Assembly (NCBI GenBank): GCA_905182865.1
Contig: CAJJCY010000002.1
Location: forward strand, 664,915 to 728,914
DNA from: an uncultured SAR324 cluster bacterium
GTDB taxonomy: Bacteria; SAR324; NAC60-12
Direction of reading: 5' to 3'
Length of the DNA stretch: 64,000 bases
Below the pieces are notes generated by a model, which ran no database searches, was not told where the DNA came from, and saw nothing but the letters and a program-made list of their open reading frames with translations. Shown here one piece after another: positions 9,445 through 17,954 of the stretch; the first letter of the stretch is position 1; each line of letters opens with the position of its first letter. The position numbers and the translations under genes were made by a program.

Positions 9445-10641
9445 ATGCCTGCTCTCCTTTCTTCATTAAAAATTCTTGACTTTTCGACGTTACTGCCTGG
9501 TCCTTTTGCCTCGATGATACTTGCAGATTTAGGGGCTGAGGTTTTAAGGGTAGAATCTCCCACACGACCGGATTTAGTGAGAATGCTGCCGATTCAAGTA
9601 AAAGGTGGTTCAGCAACTCATTCGACAATTAATCGTTCCAAAAACTCCATTTGCTTAAATTTGAAAAATCCTGATGCCGTCAATATTGTTAAACAATTAG
9701 TCAGCAAATATGATATAGTTTTGGAACAGTTTCGTCCTGGTGTGATGAAGCGGTTGGGATTGGACTATGAGGAACTCCGCAGACACAATCCTGCACTCAT
9801 TTTTTGTTCACTGACTGGTTACGGGCAAACAGGGCCTTACCGTAACCGTGCCGGTCATGACCTGAATTATCTCGCTCTTTCCGGAATAAGTAATTACAGT
9901 CGTCGAAAAAATGAATCACCTGTGCCGCTGGGTATTCAGATTGCTGACATTGCTGGAGGTTCATATCATGTAGTAATGGGAATTTTAGCAGCAGTAATTC
10001 ATCGCCAGCAAACAGGAGAAGGACAGAGTGTCGATATAAGTATAGCAGATGCTTTGTTCAGCATGAAAGTATTTGAAAGTGCAAATTGGCTGGCAGGAGG
10101 ACCGGGAGCAGAACCAGAATCAACCTGGCTCAATGGTGGAACTATTTATGATTATTTCCAAACGCAAGATGGTCGCTGGGTTTCTGTTAGTAGTTTGGAA
10201 CCTCAATTTCTTGCTGCATTGATAAATGCTATGGGGCTTCCGGAAACTTTGTTAAAAACAAAATTAACTGATCCGGAAGCACAAAGGCGTCTAAAGAGGA
10301 TACTCCGGGATCGATTTTTGGAACGTCCGTGGACTGAATGGGAACCTGTGTTTGCCGATTGCGATGCGTGCGTTGAATTGGTTTTGGAATTTACGGAAGC
10401 TATGGAACATCAGCAGTTTAAAGCCAGAGAAATGATTACAGATGTTCCGGCTCCGGATGGTTCTTCTCAAAAACAAATTGCATCCCCATTCAAGTTTTCC
10501 GGAAGCAAACCAGAATATCTGCACATTGGTGTAGATCTTGGTGAGCAAACGGACATTATTTTGAAAGAACTTGGTTATAATTTGAAACAAATCGAAAAAT
10601 TAAGAAAAGATGGAGTTTGTGCAGGTACTGAAACTAAATAA
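9445..10641 (+). CDS. CaiB/BaiF class III CoA-transferase / alpha-methylacyl-CoA racemase-like
   Basis: LKILDFSTLLPGPFASMILADLGAEV, FRPGVMKRLGLDYE, GYGQTGPY...AGHDLNY; ATG at 9445 follows the upstream stop. Confidence 0.93.
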   Translation: MPALLSSLKILDFSTLLPGPFASMILADLGAEVLRVESPTRPDLVRMLPIQVKGGSATHSTINRSKNSICLNLKNPDAVNIVKQLVSKYDIVLEQFRPGVMKRLGLDYEELRRHNPALIFCSLTGYGQTGPYRNRAGHDLNYLALSGISNYSRRKNESPVPLGIQIADIAGGSYHVVMGILAAVIHRQQTGEGQSVDISIADALFSMKVFESANWLAGGPGAEPESTWLNGGTIYDYFQTQDGRWVSVSSLEPQFLAALINAMGLPETLLKTKLTDPEAQRRLKRILRDRFLERPWTEWEPVFADCDACVELVLEFTEAMEHQQFKAREMITDVPAPDGSSQKQIASPFKFSGSKPEYLHIGVDLGEQTDIILKELGYNLKQIEKLRKDGVCAGTETK

Positions 10642-10709
10642 TTGGGAAAAGATGTCGTAATAAGCCAGAGCTGACATCTAACTCAGGTAAATTTAATTTA
10701 CTTTATAGT

Positions 10710-11150
10710 TTTGGGATGAAGATAAGATGTTTTAGACAAGAAAAAAGGTTTGGTCTTAAACAACTTGCCGTACTGAAAGGGTTATCTGCTTCATATATTA
10801 ATTAAACAGAAAAGGGGAAAAAGTATCCAAAAGAATAAAAATTTATGATGTTAGCTGAAGGATTAGGAGTTGAATACGATGACTTGATTTCCATCAGCAT
10901 GACTGGTCTGCTCGGTCAAATCTCTGAACTGTTTTTTTCTTCATCAGTTCTAGATTCATTCCCTTTTTAGCTTTTGGGATCACATTTTAAAATGTAGTGG
11001 AGAAAGTAAATCAGACGTGCGAACGCTGTCCATTAGACAATAGTCAGTGTTCGGGACAAACGGCTCCACCCAGTATTTTTATTCAGTAGGAGAAGGAAGA
11101 ACTTATGAATAGAACACTTAAAAAGCTTGTCACAGATTATCGTGCGAAAA
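10710..11150 (+). pseudogene. Decayed XRE-family HTH transcriptional regulator (3' boundary approximate)
   Basis: Reads FGMKIRCFRQEKRFGLKQLAVLKGLSASYIN*TEKGKKYPKE*KFMMLAEGLGVEYDDLIS; in-frame stops at 10803, 10836, 10968. Confidence 0.7.
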
Positions 11151-11172
11151 ATCTGTAAATCTGAGAAACAAG

Positions 11173-11922
11173 TCAGAGTGGGAAGAAATAATTTAGATAA
11201 AAAGTATGCAGTTGACTTTGTTTCAAAAAAGGACTTGAATTTGTGTCGGAAAGAAAGGGAATCTGTTGACCAACCGAAAAACGATAATATAACAAGAAAT
11301 TAGATGTGACAAAATAAGAGGCTCCAGTTTCAACTCCTAATGCAATTTCTTCCTGAAAAGATTTATTGCTTCCGATTGCAGCAAAACGCGTTTTGGTAAA
11401 TTGTACACCTGCACCATAATGCAAATAGAAGTCTCGACTGATTTTTGGGTACTGAGAATACCAAAAATTGTTTTGGACTATTTCTAATCTTTGTCCAGAT
11501 TTTCCATCATGAAAAATATTTTTTGAAACTTCAACAATCGATATTTGCCGTTCATACTCTATAACCTGCTCATCCCAAAAATATCCCAAATTAATACCGA
11601 TTCCGTTTGCTTCTCCATCTGAATCTGAAATTATCACATCATCTGCAACTTTTAGCTCGACTTTCCGGAAACCAACACCAAAATAGAACCCCTGCCAACG
11701 TGAGGATGTTCCGGAAACAAAGAACTCAGGTTCCGGCGTTGCAATTCGTGATTCAAGACTGCGTTTATCCATTTCGCTGGGCTCAGGAGAATCATTATTC
11801 TGAGCATAGCTTCCTGCCGCAAATAAATTGCAAAAGGACAGCATCAATAGAAACTTCGTGTATTTACCGAAAATATGAAAAAAAAATATTCTACAATTTT
11901 CTAAGTGATCGTAATTGTTCAT
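11173..11922 (-). CDS. Putative outer-membrane beta-barrel protein
   Basis: Signal-like N-terminus, amphipathic strands (WQGFYFGVG, LHYGAGVQF), aromatic C-terminus; follows lptD. Confidence 0.6.
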   Translation of the reverse strand: MNNYDHLENCRIFFFHIFGKYTKFLLMLSFCNLFAAGSYAQNNDSPEPSEMDKRSLESRIATPEPEFFVSGTSSRWQGFYFGVGFRKVELKVADDVIISDSDGEANGIGINLGYFWDEQVIEYERQISIVEVSKNIFHDGKSGQRLEIVQNNFWYSQYPKISRDFYLHYGAGVQFTKTRFAAIGSNKSFQEEIALGVETGASYFVTSNFLLYYRFSVGQQIPFLSDTNSSPFLKQSQLHTFYLNYFFPL

Positions 11923-11926
11923 TTAA

Positions 11927-14545
11927 CTATTCCATATCTGGCAAAATCTGTTCCGGAAGCGCAATGCCGCCCAGGTTAATGTAGGCATAAAGAGTCCGGT
12001 CAATGTATTCTTTTTCACGTCCACTGCTGGTTGTCGTTTTGCCAACATTTTCTGTCAGGGCAAGCCTAATGTTCCAGCAGTCAGGACGGTAATCCAAAGT
12101 GAACGCACTTGAAGTCAGACGTCGTCGAAAAGTGTAACTGTCTGCATCCAAATTTACCGTTCCTGAAAATCCAAAAGCCAGTTCATCACTTGCTTCAAAG
12201 CTATTGTCGAAGCCAAACGTGTTTGCTACCGCAACATCATTCCCATATGGAGTTTGATAGGCAAATTCGTTTTTATGGAAGTTCACCGATGCTTTGTTGT
12301 GATCGCTAACGCTGAATCCAAAACCTGCGGAATATTCTACAACCTGGCGTTTCTGATGGTGATATCGATTGAAATAATTTATGGAAAAACCCGGGCCAGG
12401 ATTGAGACTCAAAGTAGTCCTTAGTGGTAATAATGGTTGGCCTGAATCAGTTTCATTCCCCTTTACTGCCGGACCGATTGGCTGAAAATCTGGATCTTTT
12501 TTTAAGACATCATAATGCTGAACAAAGTTTAAACTTACCATTGCCCAACTCTTTCCTTCACGAGTCTGGCCTCGTATCTGGCTACTAATAAGTGGAACTA
12601 CTCCTTTCTCTGCATAGGCCAGGATAGTGTCTTTTTGTTGAGCGCTTAATGCACCACCAAACAGCTTATCTAACTGGTCGACAAACAATTTTTCTGAAGC
12701 AAATTCCTTTCCTTGAATTAATCCTAACTTTCGAATTAAGGCGACATCCATGTGTCTTCTGCGCATTCTGTTTAATGAGAGAGATGTTAGTTTCACGCTT
12801 CTCTCAAAGTAACGTCTTTTGGCCAGCAAGACATTTTCCAACCGAAATATTGTTATTCTACGAGTTGAAATTCCTCCACCGAAGGGAACTCCGGAATCAG
12901 ATATTTGCTGTACATCTTCGATGTAATCGAATTGCAGACGTGGTATCAACAAGTGCTTGAAGCGGCTGAATATTCCTGATTCTTGTTTAAATATTCGTGA
13001 TAGAGTTGTATTGATTTCTGCTTTTCCGTCCAATATTTGAAATCCATATTCATCATCACTTCCCGGCAGATCCGGATCACGTACTTTGAAACTGGAAAAT
13101 CTTTTTCCAATTTTAAAACTGGTGTTAAAAAGCTGAAAAACTGGGAACTGAAAATTAAAACTTGGAGTGGCAATAATCCCTTCTCCATTATATCCTTGTA
13201 CTCTGTAATAACGAATTACAGAACCATCGACTGAACCTGACAACGTTGATTTTCCACTACGCCAAAATACATCACTAAATTGAAATGTAAGTGCAGGCAG
13301 ATATTGTACTTGTGTGGGATCAATTTTTCTGTTTAACAAAGCTAATTCACTGAATACACGGGTTTGAGTTGCAGAAAGTGAGATACTTCCTTTTGGAAAT
13401 TGCCTGTTGATGTTTGCAGAAAAATTTTGTGCGGTGTTTAGGGCAGGATTCTCAATCAGTTCATATTCCTTTTGAAACTGACTGTCGCTGTAAACCAGTG
13501 CTGAAGCAATCAGGCGGCTCCGACCGTCCAGTTGTTGATTATGGTTAAATTGGAATTTAAAGCGTTGAGGATGCAATTCGGATGATTCTATCTCGTCCGC
13601 ACTCAAGCTTCCGGACTCATTCTCTGGATCACGTGGACCACGCTCAAAATATTCCTGGTATTTGATTTCACCTCTCACTCCCTCAGTCCATGCGTATTGA
13701 TAATCAAAACGCAATCCTGGTCCACGTCGCTCCACCCAGTCATAAGTCAGTGTCAAATCCTGTTCTTGATCAATTGCCCAAAAGTAAGGAATACCAATGC
13801 GATATCCCAAATCCCATTTTGTTAAACTACTTCGTACAATCAAATATTCAGGAGGAAGAAATCCGGATTGCCGTTTTTTAACAGTGGGCCAGGCAAGGTA
13901 TGGGAAATAAAAAACCGGTATTCCTCCTACCTTTAAAATTGAGCCGCGTGACGATGAAAAATTTTGAGTATAATAGTTGACTTCGCTTCCAGTTATTTGC
14001 CAAGCCGGAGATTTTGGATTACAGGTTGTGAAAGTACAGGTTTGTGCCACATATTGATTCGGCCCCACTCTCCGGACTTCTTTTGCAGTCATGTACACTT
14101 TGTTTGAAGCATCATAAACGATAGTGTCACGAAAAATTCCAGTACCGTCTTTGACGTTTATCTCCAATTCATCCATCACCGCAACTGTTTCCCCTTCTGT
14201 CACCCGGACATAACCTTTTGCAGTCAATCTGTTTGTTTCCGGGTGGTAATGGATTTCAGTGCTTTCCACAGTAATTCCTTCCCACTCAACTTTTGCGTTA
14301 CGATAAATAAATGTTCCAGTATCCGGATTGTGAAAGTAAGATTGTGTATGAATAGAAAGTTGAGGTATATCAAGGTCATTTTGAGAAAATACTTGAACAG
14401 GAAGGAAAATAAAAAACAACATTAACCATGGAATAAGAAATTTTTCGGACTTCATAATGCAGAAAAATGCCCTATTTAGGACAGATATAGATTTTGATTG
14501 CCCGTGCATTGATAAGAAAAACTCAGATGAAGGCAAAGGACTCAT
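11927..14545 (-). CDS. lptD: LPS-assembly protein LptD (true start may be ~14455)
   Basis: OstA-like N-domain, TFTTC...PAWQI, GGIPVFYFPY...RQSGFLPP, IPYFWAI, Y.PDCWNI near C-terminus. Confidence 0.88.
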   Translation of the reverse strand: MSPLPSSEFFLSMHGQSKSISVLNRAFFCIMKSEKFLIPWLMLFFIFLPVQVFSQNDLDIPQLSIHTQSYFHNPDTGTFIYRNAKVEWEGITVESTEIHYHPETNRLTAKGYVRVTEGETVAVMDELEINVKDGTGIFRDTIVYDASNKVYMTAKEVRRVGPNQYVAQTCTFTTCNPKSPAWQITGSEVNYYTQNFSSSRGSILKVGGIPVFYFPYLAWPTVKKRQSGFLPPEYLIVRSSLTKWDLGYRIGIPYFWAIDQEQDLTLTYDWVERRGPGLRFDYQYAWTEGVRGEIKYQEYFERGPRDPENESGSLSADEIESSELHPQRFKFQFNHNQQLDGRSRLIASALVYSDSQFQKEYELIENPALNTAQNFSANINRQFPKGSISLSATQTRVFSELALLNRKIDPTQVQYLPALTFQFSDVFWRSGKSTLSGSVDGSVIRYYRVQGYNGEGIIATPSFNFQFPVFQLFNTSFKIGKRFSSFKVRDPDLPGSDDEYGFQILDGKAEINTTLSRIFKQESGIFSRFKHLLIPRLQFDYIEDVQQISDSGVPFGGGISTRRITIFRLENVLLAKRRYFERSVKLTSLSLNRMRRRHMDVALIRKLGLIQGKEFASEKLFVDQLDKLFGGALSAQQKDTILAYAEKGVVPLISSQIRGQTREGKSWAMVSLNFVQHYDVLKKDPDFQPIGPAVKGNETDSGQPLLPLRTTLSLNPGPGFSINYFNRYHHQKRQVVEYSAGFGFSVSDHNKASVNFHKNEFAYQTPYGNDVAVANTFGFDNSFEASDELAFGFSGTVNLDADSYTFRRRLTSSAFTLDYRPDCWNIRLALTENVGKTTTSSGREKEYIDRTLYAYINLGGIALPEQILPDME

Positions 14546-14841
14546 AATTGGAGGGAAATGGGAAAACGTAAAAATGAATGCAACAACTCTTTAGGTCACT
14601 CATTAAAGACGCAAAACTACAAGTTCCAATCTTACGAAAAACGAAGAATTTACTGTACTTTATCTGAAATTAGGTGACACATGCAAACTTATTGCATCTC
14701 CAGTACCATGTCTATACTTATTCTAGATAATCCAGGTTGCCTTCCAAATCAAAACAGCTGGATTATGTTGTATTTTCATAGTATTCTATGCAAGGCAGCT
14801 GACAGAGCTAATTCCAAAACAACTAGCTAAGGTGCAAAATA

Positions 14842-15483
14842 ATGAGGTTTTATAGTTTTTTATTAATGGCAATTATCTTTTTATTTGGAAGTCTGGTTAG
14901 CGAGTTCCACGAAGTCCGCGCGGAGGAAGGATTATTAAAAACAGAAAGTATCCGTCAGAAACTTTTTGGACGGATGGATGACAGGAAGAAGTCTAAGCCT
15001 CTACGTTCGGTCAGTGAAAACATCTTAATTGGAGTTTTCAGTAGAGTTACTGATTCTGAAAGCGTTTGGATCCGTATTGAAAGACGTTCAGAATATCGCA
15101 AATGGACATTCAAACTATCCAAAAAAAATCTGAATTTGCCGCGTCAGGAAGTACGTGTTTGGCTTAAATATGTTTCACCAAAACTTTCCATCAGTCACGG
15201 CAATGATTATAACGAGTGGTTCCGTGAAAAAGCTGCATTTGAGATGCAAAAGATTTTTTACAACAGGCAGGTAAGAATCAATTATGATTACTCAGACAAA
15301 TTATTTCGGCTGGATGGAATGGTCTGGACTGGCGACACAAACATAAATATTTGGTTAATCCGGAATGGCTGGTCATTCTATCTGCTGGAAAATGAACCGC
15401 CTCTGGAGCATCAAGATTTACTTTCCGCAGAAAATGAAGCCAAACAACTTAAAGTCGGGCTTTGGAAAGCAGAGTTACAGTAG
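14842..15483 (+). CDS. Secreted thermonuclease (SNase)-like protein, divergent
   Basis: Signal peptide; INIWLIRNGWS...AENEAKQLKVGLWK matches the SNase C-terminal pattern. Confidence 0.7.
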   Translation: MRFYSFLLMAIIFLFGSLVSEFHEVRAEEGLLKTESIRQKLFGRMDDRKKSKPLRSVSENILIGVFSRVTDSESVWIRIERRSEYRKWTFKLSKKNLNLPRQEVRVWLKYVSPKLSISHGNDYNEWFREKAAFEMQKIFYNRQVRINYDYSDKLFRLDGMVWTGDTNINIWLIRNGWSFYLLENEPPLEHQDLLSAENEAKQLKVGLWKAELQ

Positions 15484-15529
15484 GTTTTCAGGCAAAAGAT
15501 TTAATTGGACTTTCAAAAGTCCAGTAATT

Positions 15530-16321
15530 TTATTCAAACTGATGTCGCCTCCAGCGATAAGGGCTATCAATGATTATTCCCGGTTCGTTTGCAGTTTCCA
15601 GTATTTCCAAGCAATCCAGGAAAATTTGCTTTTGTTGAGGCCGGTTAAATGATTCACCCATGGCATGACCGAATGGATATTTCAAATGGTATGTACGAGG
15701 CGGTTTAACCGACTCGGTAATCTTACGGGCAAGCGAAATGCCTACGGTCGCAATTCCTTGTCTCTCGACTTCACGCTGAACCAAACCGACCGTCTGGTTG
15801 CAGATACCTCAGGCGGGCACCAACAAAGCTATATCAACTTTCTGCTGCTTGATTTCTTTTGCTGCATCAACAGCGCTTTTTTGGATTAAAATCGTCAAAT
15901 GAGGTTCTTCTATGTGTCCCATGAAACTGTAATGAAATTTGTTGGAGGGGCCTACTCTGCCTTCAGCTTGCAGTTCTAGTAAGACCTCAAAGGGTAGGAT
16001 CAGATTTGGATCCAAATCGGCGTCACGGTGATCATAATATTTGTGAGAAATGGTTAAATCTTCTTTGGTGACATTGTAAGGAATTCGGCGAAAAGAACTG
16101 TCTCCATGAGGATCAATCATATTAAAAGCTTTGTCGGATTTCAAATGAATACCACCTGTTGTAAATAAGGCAATTTTGCATTCTGGTAGTGGTTTGTTAA
16201 GCTTTGTCCATGGCACATGATTAAAGAATACAGATTCATAGCTGCGTGCCCAATAATTTTTCAGTACAGGAATACGAAAAAGCGCAACCAAAAGTTTGTC
16301 AATTAAAGATTCTTTTAACAT
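15530..16321 (-). CDS. GrdB/PrdB-like (glycine/proline reductase selenoprotein B family) selenoprotein, UxxC, UGA at 15809-15811
   Basis: ORFs 15809-16324 and 15530-15784 are in frame across one TGA: VDIALLVPA-U-GICNQTVGLVQREVERQGIATV; family motifs KIALFTTGG, GDSSFRRIP, HKYYDH...D.DPN..LP, PPR.....PFG. Confidence 0.88.
15779..15799 (-). promoter_or_regulatory. Bacterial SECIS-like hairpin
   Basis: Minus strand AACCAGAC-GGTCG-GTTTGGTT; G-starting loop 17 nt after the UGA. Confidence 0.7.
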
Positions 16322-16346
16322 CAATAATTATTAGAGAGCAAATGAA

Positions 16347-17066
16347 GTGTCAATCAAAGATAAAATAGCAATCGTTCAGCAACAATTAAAACAAGCGGCA
16401 ATCCTGTCCGGACGTACACAGGAAGACATCCGGCTGATTGCAGTTAGTAAAACCAAATCTACTGAAATGATACTGCAGGCCCTAGCGGCCGGGCAGAGCG
16501 CATTCGGTGAAAACCGGGTTCAGGAAGCACTTGGAAAAATTGAGGACCTGACCAAACTCCCCCTGGTAGAATGGCATTTGATTGGTCATTTGCAAAAAAA
16601 CAAAGTAAAGTTCTGTCCCGGAAATTTTCAGTGGATTCATACGCTTGATTCTACCGAATTAGCAGAAAAATTAGAAGCCCGTAGTGCTTTTGCACAAAAG
16701 AAAATCAATGTGCTGCTTCAAGTTAATCTTTCCCGGGAAATTACCAAATCCGGACTACATGACTGGGAGGATATTTTGCAAGTATCAGAAACTATACTAT
16801 CTGGTAAATGGCTTAAATTACGTGGACTGATGACTATTCCTCCACCAAATATTGGTGAAACTCCAACTAGAAAAATATATGAAAAACTTCGCTTATGGCG
16901 TGATAAACTTAAGCAAGACCTTGATTCTCCAGAAATCACGGAACTTTCAATGGGTATGACAGCTGATTTTCATTGGGCTATTCAGGAGGGGGCAACTATG
17001 ATTCGAGTGGGAAGTGCAATTTTTGGGGAGAGGAATGAAGATATGGATTGTCCAACGAATATGTAA
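16347..17066 (+). CDS. yggS: PLP homeostasis protein YggS/PROSC
   Basis: LIAVSKT, FGENRVQE, WHLIGHLQKNK, GLMTI, LSMGMT.D...AIQEGATMIRVGSAIFG. Confidence 0.95.
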   Translation: MSIKDKIAIVQQQLKQAAILSGRTQEDIRLIAVSKTKSTEMILQALAAGQSAFGENRVQEALGKIEDLTKLPLVEWHLIGHLQKNKVKFCPGNFQWIHTLDSTELAEKLEARSAFAQKKINVLLQVNLSREITKSGLHDWEDILQVSETILSGKWLKLRGLMTIPPPNIGETPTRKIYEKLRLWRDKLKQDLDSPEITELSMGMTADFHWAIQEGATMIRVGSAIFGERNEDMDCPTNM

Positions 17067-17099
17067 CAATTGGTAAATATTTAGGAGATAGTAGGTAAT

Positions 17100-17570
17100 C
17101 ACCTATAAAACCACTTATTTTATGTTGAAAACCGATCTTGTGCATCACAGCAAAGTAAGACTTGTTTCCCGGATTTGCAACTGATTTTAAGTGAGGAAAC
17201 CGTATTTTCCTGAAAGCGTGTTCCAAAGCACAACATGCGGCTTATGTTGCAAAACCTTGTCTCCAATATATTTTTGCAACCCACCAGCCGAAATCTAAAC
17301 AACCTGGAGGATCAAACACTCCCACTCCACATGATCCAACAAAATTACGTTTTATTTTATCCTCTACGACCCAATAACAATAACCTTCTTTCCAGAACAA
17401 CTTCTCCTGCTTATGAATGAAGCTCCGAATTCGTTTGTCACTCCAAGGTTTTCCCTGATTGACGAAACGCATTATTTGGGGATTTTATTCTAAAGAGGAA
17501 AAATTAGGATAGTCAGCTGATTTCCATGGTCGAATCAAAACACGCTCAGTTTCTAAAAAGAATGATTCGG
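17100..17570 (-). pseudogene. RimJ/RimL-type GNAT acetyltransferase pseudogene (boundaries approximate)
   Basis: One frame: FLETERVLIRPW...LE*NPQIMRF...FVGSCG...DFGWWVAKIYWRQGFAT*AACCALEHAF...NKSYFAVMHKIGF; TAA stops at 17485-17487 and 17242-17244. Confidence 0.78.
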
Positions 17571-17809
17571 GTCTTTACTGTACATGAGAAAAAGTCGTTT
17601 GGAATTGCTCTGTCAGTCTAAATCTTCTGTGACATCAACAAAAACCACGTCTAACTTACACTAATTTAGCAAGACTGAAATGCCTCTAATTCACTGAACT
17701 TTGGGGTTACAAAAAAATGTTGATCAGTTAAAAAACTAAAAATATTCTTTTTTTTAAAAAAGCCAGGGGATAAGTAATGGATTCTCCAGAAAATTTTCTG
17801 TATTAAGCA

Positions 17810-17954
17810 TGATGAACCTGTAAATAGTCCTAAATCCTTGTCATTTTGAGCGAAGCGAGAAATCTTGCATATGCTACTATTCTAATATCATTAAGATATT
17901 TACCAAAGGTCGGAATGACATATTGTTGATTTCAGACTTATTACGAAACCATCA
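17810..17954. mobile_element. MITE/REP-like palindromic element, copy 1
   Basis: Imperfect terminal IR TGATG..GTAAATAGTC / GACTTATTAC..CATCA; inner IR TGTCATTTTGA / TCGGAATGACA; homologous to 59750-59892. Confidence 0.7.

Noticed and set aside
14580-14640. GACGCAAAACTAC resembling part of a c-di-GMP-I riboswitch
   Set aside because: The upstream GGCAAAC/GAAA tetraloop stem is absent; more simply part of the lptD promoter region.
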